Shown here piece by piece: positions 17,845 through 27,509 of a stretch of DNA of 29,905 nucleotides. The stretch is from Thermotogota bacterium. Lineage in GTDB: Bacteria > Bipolaricaulota > Bipolaricaulia > UBA7950 > UBA9294. The notes beneath the pieces are model-generated. The model was not told the origin of the DNA, did not search any database, and was given only the letters and a program-made list of their open reading frames with translations. Within the stretch, counting starts at the first letter, position 1. The number at the start of each line of letters is the position of its first letter. Where the stretch lies: the NCBI GenBank assembly GCA_039679545.1, contig JBDKUT010000134.1, forward strand, positions 1-29,905, in the 5' to 3' direction. The position numbers were made by a program, and so were the translations under genes.

Positions 17845-18240
17845 TCATCCATAGCTCTCGCGGCAACCTGCTTTCGCGGCTCCGGCCTTGCCGGATAGGT
17901 CGCACAGATCGCCGTTGTGCAGCTCCTTCGCCATCACAAGACATGGGTTGGCGTCCCTCCACTCTCACGTCTCGCGAATCAGACGGGACCCCATGTGCTC
18001 GTAGAACCCGCGCGTCCGCTCATCGTGAGCGTCCGGCCGCGACGGAGACAGGGCCTTCACCCGCAGAACCTCCACCGATTGCGCACGGAGAGCACGCTCG
18101 GCATGCTCGACCAGTGACGCAAGACCACGTGCGTAGTCCGCGATGTCCTCCTCGATGCCAAACCACTCGGGGAGCGCGCGAAGGAGCGCCCCGCACTTGG
18201 CGTCCTCCCCCGTCTCGATCGGCCGAATCGTCATCGTCAT
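17845..18240 (-). pseudogene. Degraded GNAT acetyltransferase (internal deletion plus premature TGA)
   Basis: LRALPEWFGIEE N-terminus joins directly to LVEHAE..L..VK.L.PSRPD...RTRGFY with the acetyl-CoA-binding motif A missing. After TGA at 17965-17967 the frame continues EWRDANPCLVMAK. Confidence 0.75.
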
Positions 18241-18253
18241 GCCAACCACGCCT

Positions 18254-18724
18254 CTACTGCCGGTCGGCCGGGCAGTCATGCGGCTCTACGAAGTCATAGC
18301 GGAAGACGATGTCACCGTCGCCGCCCTGCGCCCGCGCCCCCGTGGATCGATAGAGAGCCGCGGCAGCTTCGTTTGACAGACTCGTCTGCGCCCACATCTT
18401 GAACACGTTCCCCGCACGGCACACAGATTTCAGAAGCTCGATCATCGCCCACGCGGCTCCCCGGCGGCGGTGCCCTTCGACAACCTCGATTTCGTAGAGG
18501 AGCGCCATTCTGCGGTCCCCGTCGACCCGATCGAGAATGTAGGCGAGGGCGAAGCCAACAGGACTCCCGTTCTCCGTGGCCACGACGAGGACGTTCTCCG
18601 GGACCTCGAGGAACGCGCGGAAGTGCGCGACGCTCGGCCATCGTTTCGGATCGCCTACCTTGATCCGACCGATCGCTTCGCGGGCCAGCTCCGCGTCATC
18701 GCAAAGAAGCCGTCTGCACTCCAT
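18254..18724 (-). CDS. GNAT N-acetyltransferase
   Basis: VGFALAY, LYEIEV..GHRRRG and NEAAAALYRSTG; start reassigned to MECRRL. Confidence 0.88.
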   Translation of the reverse strand: MECRRLLCDDAELAREAIGRIKVGDPKRWPSVAHFRAFLEVPENVLVVATENGSPVGFALAYILDRVDGDRRMALLYEIEVVEGHRRRGAAWAMIELLKSVCRAGNVFKMWAQTSLSNEAAAALYRSTGARAQGGDGDIVFRYDFVEPHDCPADRQ

Positions 18725-18806
18725 GGCCCCCTCTCGGACAGTCGCAACTCGCCGGCTGATCATACGGGCCCCATCCACGTGCGGCGAGCGCGGCGTAGCC
18801 CGCGCC

Positions 18807-19274
18807 CTAGGCAACGCCCGCGCAGAGCGCGGCCACCATCGAACCGACAAGGAACACGGAGGAAGCCACGGTGATGAGCCACAGGCGTCGATCGACGGAG
18901 AACATGGGAAGCCCCATGAGAAGGATGGCCCCGAAGAAGAGGCCGAGGTACGGAACGAGGATGCCCGGCCGCGCCGGCGCCCGGAACTCGATCGGCACGA
19001 CGTAGTCCACGACAACCATGAACGCCACGAAGGCGAGGAAAGCGGCCGGACCGACCCATGCAAGCCAACCGGCTTTGGCGCGAACAAAAGCAACCAAAGC
19101 AACGACGGCCGGCAAGGCAAGTGTCGCCATCACGTACCCGAGCGCGCGGTTCGTCGCCATGCCGCCGGTGTGAAGTCGTGACAGGAATCCCGCGGCCTGC
19201 AGGATGTTGACGGCGTTCACAACGGCCCAGATGGTCAGCGCTGCCCACCACGGGCCACTCGCTTGAGTCGACAC
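18807..19274 (-). CDS. Hypothetical membrane protein (~5 TM)
   Basis: Successive hydrophobic helices and a ..FR.P.RPGILVPY segment; GTG start after GGGAG (start uncertain). Confidence 0.7.
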   Translation of the reverse strand: MSTQASGPWWAALTIWAVVNAVNILQAAGFLSRLHTGGMATNRALGYVMATLALPAVVALVAFVRAKAGWLAWVGPAAFLAFVAFMVVVDYVVPIEFRAPARPGILVPYLGLFFGAILLMGLPMFSVDRRLWLITVASSVFLVGSMVAALCAGVA

Positions 19275-19388
19275 GCTTGGGCTCCCTTCCCCGTGCGCCA
19301 ATGAGCGGCGCGACTTCTCCTCCGACGTGACAGAAGCCGTGGTCAAGTCTCACAGCCGTGGGCGTCCGCTTCCTTGCCGCTGCGGCAT

Positions 19389-19895
19389 CTACTCTTTCGA
19401 TGAGGCCTCAAGAAGAGGCATCCTCGTCCGAGCTTCGACCCACAAGACCCAGGCGAGCTCCCACAGCGGAATACCAAACACCAACATGGCCGCTGCAACC
19501 GCAATGAAGGGGGGCCATTTGTCTACAACACCGGACTCGATGAGAACAACAATCACCACAACCTCAAGCGCACGCCCCTCCCAGCTCCCCCACGGAGAGA
19601 AGAGCGCGGGGACGCGCCCCTTGTTCTCCGGCATGCTTCGTCGCAAGCGTGCGCGTCGCCAGAGCATATAGGGAACGCAGAGCCCAAGCCCGATCGCCGC
19701 TCCGATTTCAAGCGAGCGAAGATCCGGTTGAGCCAGGAGGAGGACCGTAGCGGCGAGTGCACTGTAGATCCACAGCATCCACAGAACGCTGCTGCGATAC
19801 CGGCCGCCGGCGGCGCGGTTTCGCCCTCTCAGAAGCCAGAAGGCAACTGACGAAACAACGCAGACGCCGAGCAGGCAGAACCCCGCAACCTCCAT
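19389..19895 (-). CDS. Hypothetical membrane protein
   Basis: About five hydrophobic segments in an otherwise empty gap, co-oriented with neighbours; start uncertain. Confidence 0.55.
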   Translation of the reverse strand: MEVAGFCLLGVCVVSSVAFWLLRGRNRAAGGRYRSSVLWMLWIYSALAATVLLLAQPDLRSLEIGAAIGLGLCVPYMLWRRARLRRSMPENKGRVPALFSPWGSWEGRALEVVVIVVLIESGVVDKWPPFIAVAAAMLVFGIPLWELAWVLWVEARTRMPLLEASSKE

Positions 19896-20049
19896 CCACG
19901 ACCACCCACCTTCGGGCATGAACAACGAACTCGAGCCGCCCGTCCCGATCGAGCGGCCGCACCCGCGCCCTCTCTTGGCACTCGCTTCTGGGCTCACCTA
20001 TTCGTGTGCACCCAAGTGCATCTCATCCTAGGTCTGATGGAGTCGTGGG

Positions 20050-20571
20050 TCAACGGCCTCCTCCTTGAGAGGAAACCGCAGAGTGTCGCGTGGGGTAAGC
20101 AGGCATAAGGAACGACGCGCGGAGACGCGCACGGCCCTGCCGGCCGCGACCCCGATGCAACGACCGTGAAGCTTGGGACTTCGAAGTCGCTGCGGCCCCC
20201 TCCGATGAGGCTGAAAGGTGCTCCACGACCATGCCGTACGGATTCGCATCTCCTTCTTCGGGAGTCTCCCGAAGCGGTTGGAACCCCAGGCGCTTGTGGA
20301 GCCCGCGCGTGCGTTGGTAGTTCGGATCCAGGGCGGGCGGCAAAAGCGCCTTGACCTGCCGCGAGTAGTCGTCGGGCACGTCGCTCCACCCGTGCCCGCG
20401 CTGGTCGAGGGCAACGACGCGCCACCGCCCGGCAAGGGCGTGGGCGAAACCTACGAACGTTCGTGCGCAGCTGTAACGTCCGTGGAGCGAGAGAAGGGGA
20501 TGGCCGTCTCCCCCGAAGTCGAGCCACGACAGCCACACGCCGCGAACGGTCAGGAACCCTCTCTCCGCCAT
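20050..20571 (-). pseudogene. Chimeric remnant: alpha/beta hydrolase N-terminus fused to a GNAT C-terminus
   Basis: LSWLDFGG...LHG...VVALDQRGHGWSD..DYSR runs into QVKAL...DPNYQRTR...LGFQPLRET...DANP; junction near 20359. Confidence 0.75.
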
Positions 20572-20607
20572 GTCGCCTCGATTCGATGTACCTGTTCCGC
20601 TCGCTAT

Positions 20608-21831
20608 CTATGGGCCTCCGACACGCCGGAGCCGCTGCGGCAGTTCGTCACCTAACAGCCGCTCAAGGTACGGCGTGACGTGCCAGTAGTCCTTCAGCGC
20701 CGCGTATTCCTGCACTGACTGGACACTTCCGCCCTCGGCCATCTTGACGGCACGGATCATCAGATTCTTTGCGGTGTGCTCTGTCGAGACGAATTGGATC
20801 ACGTCCGTGCGGTACCCCATGATCCGCAGGATGGCCGCTCGGAACGCGTCCGTCAGGATGTCTCCCAGGCGCTCGTCGAGGATTCCGTGGCGCGACACGG
20901 CCCGGAACGGGTCGGGCACGGGGACATGAGACAGCTCTTCCTGCAGTTCGTGTTGGCAACAGGGCGCGGTGAGGATGAGCCTGCTTCGCCAACGGATTCC
21001 CTGCGCCAAGGCATCGTCGGTCGCCGTGTCGCACGCGTGCAGGGCCACAACCACGTCGGGGACGGCGGCCGGCTCGTACTCGGCGATGCGCTCGACCTCG
21101 AACGAGAGACGGTCCCACCCTAACGTCCGCGCCGTCTCGCGGTGCCGTCCGAGCAAGTCGGCTTTCACGTCAATGCCGACGACGTCTGCAGGCACTTTCA
21201 GGATGTTGCAGACGTAGTGATAGAGCGCAAACGTGAGGTAAGCGTTGCCGCAACCGCAGTCCACGATCCGAATCGGCCGTTCCCACCGTTCGCCGAAGAC
21301 GCCGGTCTCTTCCACGAGCCGCAGGAATTCGTTGATCTGTCGGAACTTGCCTTGCCGGTCCGCCTTCACCTTCCCACTCTTCGTGAGGATCCCAACGGCC
21401 TCCAGGAATGGGGCGGAGTTGCTGAGGGTGAGGATTCTCTTCTTCTCGCGGTCGTGGGTCAGGTCGACGGTCGCGCGCGAATCAGCCGGCTGAGTCTCGC
21501 GAAGAAAAGCCTTGCCCTTCTTGGTGATCCGAACCTCGAGGCTGCCGCTCGTCGTCTCCACGTGGATGTTCCTGAACGGAAGATCGAGCAGGGCGTCGAC
21601 CTTGCCGCCGATCTCCTCCGCGGCGTAGTTCTTGGTAATGTCCTTCTCTGCGTCGAAGTGGGAGACCTGCCAGTGAAGCGCGCCCCGGATCCGCACCGGG
21701 CGCACGACGACCTTGATCCACTCGAGCGTCGCCCCGCTCTGGCGTCCGCTGAACACCGCGCGCACCAGAACCTCGCCCGCGAGGATGCGCTCGACAACCC
21801 GTTTCGCGTACTCCACAGGTGCTTGACTCAT
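20608..21831 (-). CDS. SAM-dependent methyltransferase (Methyltransf_32-like)
   Basis: KFRQINEF, IVDCGCGNAYLTF, VALHACDTATDDA, APCCQHE and HTAKNLMIRA. Confidence 0.9.
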   Translation of the reverse strand: MSQAPVEYAKRVVERILAGEVLVRAVFSGRQSGATLEWIKVVVRPVRIRGALHWQVSHFDAEKDITKNYAAEEIGGKVDALLDLPFRNIHVETTSGSLEVRITKKGKAFLRETQPADSRATVDLTHDREKKRILTLSNSAPFLEAVGILTKSGKVKADRQGKFRQINEFLRLVEETGVFGERWERPIRIVDCGCGNAYLTFALYHYVCNILKVPADVVGIDVKADLLGRHRETARTLGWDRLSFEVERIAEYEPAAVPDVVVALHACDTATDDALAQGIRWRSRLILTAPCCQHELQEELSHVPVPDPFRAVSRHGILDERLGDILTDAFRAAILRIMGYRTDVIQFVSTEHTAKNLMIRAVKMAEGGSVQSVQEYAALKDYWHVTPYLERLLGDELPQRLRRVGGP

Positions 21832-21928
21832 CGGAGAAGAGCATTCTACTGCCGTCGGCCTCTGCGCGCGGGCATGAGTCATACCGTGAGTCGATCAGAC
21901 TGGCCACGTAGGGCCAGCAAGGACTCGC

Positions 21929-22288
21929 CTACGCGTCACGCCCCGACTGCCGGTACAAGGGCACGGCGGACGCCGTCAGCTTCTCCAGCCACAGTGCCTT
22001 CAGCGTTCGAAGATCCTCGGATGGGTCGTAGTCGAGGTCATCGGACAGCTTCAACACGTCGAGCGTCTCGAAGGTGAAGCTGCTCGCGCCCAGCCTGTTC
22101 CAGTCGGCCTGAAGCTCCTTGTCGGGGTGCATGCCGTTCTCCAGCTGAAACCGGTGCCGATTGAGCGCACCGGCCAGGTTGAAGCTCAGCCCAAGGAGCA
22201 GCTTGCCGCTCTGGGTGTTCAGAATCTGGTAGACACCCGCTGGGCGAGGCGTCTCCTGGTACCGGCGAACAAGGGCTTTGCGATCCAT
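21929..22288 (-). CDS. GIY-YIG nuclease-family protein (LuxR-associated-like subtype)
   Basis: AGVYQILN..SGK...G...NRHRFQL..G.HP..LQADW...G...FTFE.L; second motif degenerate (LLG). Confidence 0.82.
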   Translation of the reverse strand: MDRKALVRRYQETPRPAGVYQILNTQSGKLLLGLSFNLAGALNRHRFQLENGMHPDKELQADWNRLGASSFTFETLDVLKLSDDLDYDPSEDLRTLKALWLEKLTASAVPLYRQSGRDA

Positions 22289-22321
22289 ACCGCATGGAGT
22301 GTAGCCGCATCGCGGCCTCTC

Positions 22322-23197
22322 CTACTTCGCCTCCTTGCGAAGGAAGCCGCGGACACAGTGTAGGACCCAGACTCCACGGACAACCGTCTTCGTCTCCCAC
22401 GACGCTTCCCGTGCGCTGAGCTTCCCCTTCGACAGGCCGAAGAAGAGAAGGCGACAGAACCAGCGGAGCGGCATCTTCTGTCGTCGATCAAAGACGTAGC
22501 CGTCGGCGGGTGAGAGCGTGAACCGGAACGGCGGCTCGAGGTCGAGGCCGCTCGCCTTGTCGCGTCCGTGCAGGGCGCGGAGGACCTCACGACGGATCAC
22601 GGGACGCGTCTCATCGGCCGAGGGAAACCAGTTCTTCTCCAAGCTCTTGACGGGAATCCCGACGACGTGCGGGCAGAGGGTTTGGGCCTCGACCACGGCA
22701 GCTTCCTCTCCGACGACGGCGAGGAGCCGCGCTCCCATGAACGACGCAAGTTCGAGGCCGATTTCGCCAACGCGGACGCCGTTGATGGTGATCGCGCCGA
22801 TCGGCGGCGACTGGATGCTGTGAGGCGCGAACCCTCCGCCGCCGTACATCGCGTGCTGCCCAACGAAGACCATCCCAAACGGCTCGCCGCGCACCGACTT
22901 CCGCGCCTTTCCCGGCAGGTGGGGCCGCCGGAGCACGCGGACGTTCGAGGGCAGGTCGGCTACGACGAGGTTCGGTTCCTTCTTCCCGCCGTCGTGCTCA
23001 TCGTCGATGACGATTTCGTCGATCCCGAACTCGTTCGCCGCCTCACACACCGCCTTCACGTCCGATGTGACGAGCGCGCGCCCCTGCGTGCGCCAGAGGT
23101 CGGAGCCATGCATCAGGGCATTCCAGTTGGCGGGGGAGATGCCGGATGCTCCCTCCAGGTCGCAGAGGATGTAGAGCTGCCTCTTCGTCTTCTTCAT
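22322..23197 (-). CDS. M55-family metallopeptidase (DppA-like D-aminopeptidase)
   Basis: YILCDLEGASGI, DEH.G, FVGQHA, PHS and INGVRVGE. Confidence 0.85.
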   Translation of the reverse strand: MKKTKRQLYILCDLEGASGISPANWNALMHGSDLWRTQGRALVTSDVKAVCEAANEFGIDEIVIDDEHDGGKKEPNLVVADLPSNVRVLRRPHLPGKARKSVRGEPFGMVFVGQHAMYGGGGFAPHSIQSPPIGAITINGVRVGEIGLELASFMGARLLAVVGEEAAVVEAQTLCPHVVGIPVKSLEKNWFPSADETRPVIRREVLRALHGRDKASGLDLEPPFRFTLSPADGYVFDRRQKMPLRWFCRLLFFGLSKGKLSAREASWETKTVVRGVWVLHCVRGFLRKEAK

Positions 23198-23327
23198 CGA
23201 TCTCTCGCCAAACCCAGATGGGGCCGGGTTCCGCGTGCCTCCTCGGTCTGTGAAGTAACGTAACACAACACTGTTGCGCTATTCTAGCACACTGCAAGAG
23301 GACGGACAAGCAAAGGTCCCAACAGCT

Positions 23328-23921
23328 CTACAGCACTTGTTGGCCCTTCGGCCAGGACGCGCGGAACGCCGAGCCGTAGCGCCCGTCGCACCAGGTGAGC
23401 GGAAGGCGCGTCAAACCAACCTCACCCAGCAACACGGCCTGCCGGGTCTCCCCGGCCATGTTCGTGAACAGGATGCAGTCGAACGGCCAGTCAACGCGGA
23501 GCCACTCAAGCAGGACGGCAAGCAGGTGTCTGTCAAGGTCGTGCTCGATCTCGGACGTGCGGACCCAGAACCCGACCGCGGCCGCGCGTGCGGCTTCGCC
23601 ACACAGCGGCGCCTCCTCGGGAGTCACGGGCTGGATGTACACGCAGCCGAGGCATCTCACCTCATCGCGGCTGAGGACGGTGTACGTGAACGCCTTCCGC
23701 TCGACGTGTTCGCGTTCGTGCCGCTCGAGATCGGCCAGGTTTTCCGCAAGAGTGAAGCCGTCGGCCGGCCAGTACCCCGCGTTCCAGCGGTGTAGCTCCA
23801 CGGCACTCGACATCACGGCGTCGTAGTCGAGAGCAGCGTCCGTCGCGCGCAGCGGCCGGAGAACCAAGCGCTCGCTCTTTGCGCCATCTGGCACGCACTG
23901 ATCTCCCGACCAGAACTCCAT
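23328..23921 (-). CDS. RimJ/RimL-like GNAT-family protein
   Basis: LRPL...DA.LDYDAVMSS, WP...FTLAENLADLERH, FTYTVL, CLGCVYI and FWVR; GGAGG SD. Confidence 0.82.
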   Translation of the reverse strand: MEFWSGDQCVPDGAKSERLVLRPLRATDAALDYDAVMSSAVELHRWNAGYWPADGFTLAENLADLERHEREHVERKAFTYTVLSRDEVRCLGCVYIQPVTPEEAPLCGEAARAAAVGFWVRTSEIEHDLDRHLLAVLLEWLRVDWPFDCILFTNMAGETRQAVLLGEVGLTRLPLTWCDGRYGSAFRASWPKGQQVL

Positions 23922-23998
23922 CTACCTACCCTCCCTGCGCCGGGCAGAACTCCTCCCAGAAAGCGCCGTTCTCCTGCATCCTGCGCTTCGCTGCCACG

Positions 23999-24979
23999 TC
24001 ACGCCTCTTCCGAGATCCGGCCGCCGAGGTGCTTGTACATGAAGCGCACGTTCATCGCGAACCGGTTCATGCCTCCGAAGAGCCATCGGTCGAACGGAGT
24101 CGGCAGCGAGATCCGCGCCGCCTCTTCGAGTGACCCACCCTTCTTGACAACCTTCCCGACCAGATCCTCGAGCACGTCGAAGTACGCGAGCTGCCGCTCG
24201 ATCTCGGGCTTGCCCCCGACCACTCCGTGCCCAGGAACGAGCACGCAGAAGTCGGAATCAAGGAAGAAGACAAGTTGTTTACAATACAGGTCGATGTCGC
24301 AATAGGCCATGAACGGCTGGGTATCGAAGAAGCCGACGTCGCCGATGAAGGCAACCCCATCCTGAGGGAGCAGGACAACGGCGTCATCCACGGAGTGGCC
24401 GCGGCCGAGCGAACGTACTTCGGCCGTGCGCTTCGCGCCGTGGAACGTCACCGTGCCGGTGAACGCCACGTCGGCGCAGCGCGGCTGGAAGTCGGCCATC
24501 TCCGCCATCGTGTGGCGCGCCCGCGAGATCCCGTTCACGAGGCCGACGCGCACCCGCTCGTCCGTCTCCGTCTCGAGCTGCGCCTCCATCTTCGCGAGTT
24601 CTGCTTCCCACGGCGCGCGGTCCTTGAAGCTCTCTACCAGCTCCGCGGCCTCCTCAAGGCACGCCGAGCGCGTCGGCTCGCTCGCGAGGAAGAGAGTCGC
24701 GGCATCGAACGCGGAGGCGCCGATCCAGTGGTCGTCGTGGAAGTGGGTGAGGACGATGGTTGAGACCGGCCGCCCGAACAGCGCCTCCGCCGTCGCACGC
24801 AGATCGCGGCCCGCAGCGACGGTGTTGAACGCATCGACAAGCACGGTGCGGTCGCCGAGGTCGATGATCCCGGCGTTCGACGACGCGGCGCCGCCCGCCT
24901 TGTGGATGCAGGCGTACACCCCATCGACGAGCGGAATGAGATCGAAGTGCTTGGACTTGGGTGCGCGCGCTACAGACAT
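23999..24979 (-). CDS. Metallo-beta-lactamase-fold hydrolase (cyclase-like)
   Basis: SNAGIID, THFHDDHWIG (HxHxDH), GHS, FIGD and VPGHG; AGGAG SD before MSVARA. Confidence 0.9.
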   Translation of the reverse strand: MSVARAPKSKHFDLIPLVDGVYACIHKAGGAASSNAGIIDLGDRTVLVDAFNTVAAGRDLRATAEALFGRPVSTIVLTHFHDDHWIGASAFDAATLFLASEPTRSACLEEAAELVESFKDRAPWEAELAKMEAQLETETDERVRVGLVNGISRARHTMAEMADFQPRCADVAFTGTVTFHGAKRTAEVRSLGRGHSVDDAVVLLPQDGVAFIGDVGFFDTQPFMAYCDIDLYCKQLVFFLDSDFCVLVPGHGVVGGKPEIERQLAYFDVLEDLVGKVVKKGGSLEEAARISLPTPFDRWLFGGMNRFAMNVRFMYKHLGGRISEEA

Positions 24980-25013
24980 GGCTCTCCTATCCAGCGTCAA
25001 TTGCCCAGGCAGT

Positions 25014-26093
25014 TTATCGGATCGCGGCAACTGCCTCCCAGAACGCCGCGTCCTCCTGACCGAGTGACCACATCGAGAGGCCAGCCAAGTGGTAGTCGGT
25101 GACGAGTGCCGTCTTCGCCTGGAGACTCGCCGCGTTCTCGAACCACGCTTCGTGCCAGTGTCCGTGCTCGATGTAGGTGACGAACGGAGACTGCGAGGCA
25201 GCGTCCCACCCCTCGATGGCTCCCGGTTGTGCCAGCAAAGCGGCAATGCCACTCCAGGAGAAGCTCGTCGCGGAGTAGGTCCAGCTCTCAGGATCGGAGT
25301 CGGTGAGGTCCCAGTCGTAGCCGTAGGCGGGAAGGCCGATCAGGAGCTTCGCCGGATCGACGACGGAGACCGCATACGCGACGCAGTCCTCTACCCAATC
25401 CGCGCCCGAGACCGAGCCCGGCTCGCTCCACGGACCGTGCTCGTCGTAGGTCATGAGCTGGAGGAGGTCCGCGTCCTCGCCCAGCGCCGCGTAGTCGAAC
25501 GGATATGACCAATCGTCGTCGATCGAGTCCTCGGTCTTCCCCGGAACGCTGATCGCGAGCTTGAGCCCGAGAGCGTGGAGGTCGGCTGCGAGTTCGTGGA
25601 TGAACGTCGTGAACGCCGCGCGATCGTCGTCGATGTCGCGCGAGAAGGCGAGGTTCTCGAAGTCGATGTTCACTCCGTCATAGCCGCCGCTCGCCGCGAG
25701 AGCCACGAGCCGTGCGATGACCTTGTCCCGATGCGTGACGATGGCCGCTCGCGCCAGTTCCGCGTCGAAGCCATCAACATCAGGATCCTTGTTGTAGTTC
25801 GAGACGCAAGCGTAGACCTCAATCCCGTGCGCCTTGCAGAAGGCGACAACGCCGAAGTCGTCCGCACCCGTGATCGTCCCGTTGAACTCGACCGCGTACA
25901 CATCGGCCGACACGATCGTGAGGTACTCCGCGAAGTCCTGGACCGCTTCGAACGAGCGCTCGTCGCCCGTGTAGTACCCCAGGCACACAGTGCCTGGGGA
26001 CGCTGTCCCTCGGCAGGCAGCGCCTGGAAAGACGGCAGCCACCGCCATCACGACCAGAGCCATGCCGAGCGCCGCGCGAAACGGGTGGGTCAT
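25014..26093 (-). CDS. Secreted GH18 glycoside hydrolase
   Basis: Signal peptide; YDGVNIDFE (DxxDxDxE-type), LMTYDEH, GLPAYGYDW and GLSMWSLGQED. Confidence 0.92.
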   Translation of the reverse strand: MTHPFRAALGMALVVMAVAAVFPGAACRGTASPGTVCLGYYTGDERSFEAVQDFAEYLTIVSADVYAVEFNGTITGADDFGVVAFCKAHGIEVYACVSNYNKDPDVDGFDAELARAAIVTHRDKVIARLVALAASGGYDGVNIDFENLAFSRDIDDDRAAFTTFIHELAADLHALGLKLAISVPGKTEDSIDDDWSYPFDYAALGEDADLLQLMTYDEHGPWSEPGSVSGADWVEDCVAYAVSVVDPAKLLIGLPAYGYDWDLTDSDPESWTYSATSFSWSGIAALLAQPGAIEGWDAASQSPFVTYIEHGHWHEAWFENAASLQAKTALVTDYHLAGLSMWSLGQEDAAFWEAVAAIR

Positions 26094-26113
26094 ACGACGA
26101 GCTTACTCGAGCT

Positions 26114-26512
26114 TCAGCCCCGTTGAGGAGAGCGTTCGGGCCTTCCTCTTCTCACTCTCTGCGCGCTCTGCGGTGAAAGCCGTGTCTCCCGGCGAGGCTC
26201 GGCAACGCAGTTCGCTCGTACGGGTTCGATGCGCTCGAGCTCGCTCGCCTCCAACCTCTCAGCCTGGTAGAGGTCCCAGCGATGCTGCAGAGAGAGCCAG
26301 AAGCCAGGGCTATTGCCGAAGTAGCGCGCCAGCCGCAGCGCCGTGCTCGGCGTGACCCCACGCTTCCCATTGACGAGTTCGTTAACACGCTGGTAGGGCA
26401 CGCGAATCCCGACGGCAAGGTCGCGCTGCGACAGCCCCATCGGCGTCAGGAACTCCTCGAGCAGCATCTCGCCCGGATGCGTCGGTGCCCGATCCGTCGG
26501 AACCCTGATCAT
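26114..26512 (-). CDS. higA: HigA antitoxin (HTH)
   Basis: PTHPGEMLLEEFL.P...RVNELVNGKRGVTPSTALRLARYFG...FWLSLQ; carries a ~30-aa nonconserved-looking tail. Confidence 0.95.
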   Translation of the reverse strand: MIRVPTDRAPTHPGEMLLEEFLTPMGLSQRDLAVGIRVPYQRVNELVNGKRGVTPSTALRLARYFGNSPGFWLSLQHRWDLYQAERLEASELERIEPVRANCVAEPRRETRLSPQSAQRVRRGRPERSPQRG

Positions 26513-26541
26513 GACTCCCGCCTCCTGTCTACCATGTAGGC

Positions 26542-26838
26542 CTAGCTGTGGTAGTCCGTGATCGCGACATCCGCCGGCCCGCTCTCCGTCCATGCAAAGC
26601 AGATTCGGTACCGCTCATTGATCCGAATGCTGTGCTGCCCCACCCGGTTCCCGATGAGAGGTTCGAGCCGATTCCCGGGAGGAATCGCCAACTCATCGAG
26701 CCGCTCGACAGAATCCAGCTGATCAAACTTGCGCGCAGCGACTCGCCATAGGTCCGTTGGGCAGATGGCCCGCGCCTTCTTAGTCGAGCGCCCGTTGAAC
26801 ACGTCTTCCGTGCCTTCGTCTGCGAACGACTGGATCAC
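26542..26838 (-). CDS. higB: HigB (RelE/ParE-superfamily) toxin
   Basis: MIQSFAD...PPGNRLE.L.G.R.GQHSIRINERYRICF.W......V.ITDYH; toxin upstream of antitoxin. Confidence 0.95.
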   Translation of the reverse strand: MIQSFADEGTEDVFNGRSTKKARAICPTDLWRVAARKFDQLDSVERLDELAIPPGNRLEPLIGNRVGQHSIRINERYRICFAWTESGPADVAITDYHS

Positions 26839-26843
26839 GTTGC

Positions 26844-26873
26844 CATGATAGCACGGATATCATGCTACGCCAA
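26844..26873 (-). promoter_or_regulatory. higBA promoter with overlapping operator; likely leaderless
   Basis: TTGGCG (26873-26868), 17 nt, TATCAT (26850-26845) with extended TG; CATGATA-N7-TATCATG inverted repeat; GTG start 6 nt after the -10 and no SD. Confidence 0.7.
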
Positions 26874-26919
26874 GTCTCATCTTGCCGTGCTGAGCACTGT
26901 GAACTGCGCAACCTCTTGC

Positions 26920-27408
26920 CTAGAGGTCCTTGAAGTAGCGAACGATCGGCAGGCCTGTGTACCCGGCCTTCTCGTAGGCCTTTCGAGCCGCGGCGTGGCC
27001 CTCCTCGCCGCCCGTCTCGGCGATCGCGAGCTTAGCCCCTGCTGCCTTCATCGCATCGAGCGCCGCTTGATTGAGTTGCGTCGCGATGCCGCGCCTCTGG
27101 AACTCCGGGTGCACGGCAAGCAAGACCACCTCGCCCGTTTCGCCCTTCAACTCGTAGGCGATGAAACCAACGACTCGGCCGTCCAGCTCCGCGACCAGGA
27201 CGTGGTACTTGTCCTTTGCTTTGCAGGCGCCTTCGATGCCCTCGCGCTGGCTCTTTCGCCAATCCGGCCAGATGAGGTGGAAGATCCGCGCGCCGAGGAC
27301 CTTCTCCATCGACTCGAACGCCGGATCCCAGGCGAGAAACGACAACTCGACGATCTCCTTGATGTCGCTGATGACAAAGGGGCGAATCCCCACCTGGGCT
27401 TTGCTCAT
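26920..27408 (-). CDS. GNAT N-acetyltransferase
   Basis: VAELDGRVVGF, LAVHPEFQRRGIA and ARKAYEKAGY; GGGGAG SD before MSKAQV. Confidence 0.92.
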   Translation of the reverse strand: MSKAQVGIRPFVISDIKEIVELSFLAWDPAFESMEKVLGARIFHLIWPDWRKSQREGIEGACKAKDKYHVLVAELDGRVVGFIAYELKGETGEVVLLAVHPEFQRRGIATQLNQAALDAMKAAGAKLAIAETGGEEGHAAARKAYEKAGYTGLPIVRYFKDL

Positions 27409-27509
27409 CGCTCCCCTCATTGCGTGCTGGTGGGTGTGCGGCGTTCCCGAGTGCGCAGAGGCGCGGATCCCTGCACGTGCCGATTGAGGATCGGCGGCAC
27501 GGCCCTTGG

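Noticed and set aside
17965..17967. In-frame TGA as selenocysteine or a recoded codon
   Set aside because: Not at an evident Cys position, the gene is otherwise damaged, and TGA is a normal stop elsewhere in the window.
20608..21831. Methyltransferases as the cognate DNA methylase of the MORC nuclease
   Set aside because: Neither this one nor 4215-4973 shows DPPY/NPPY or PCQ DNA-methyltransferase motifs, and both are distant.
23314..23344. GGCCAAC...GTTGGGA as an attC site at the GNAT 3' end
   Set aside because: About 30 bp, too short and lacking L boxes.
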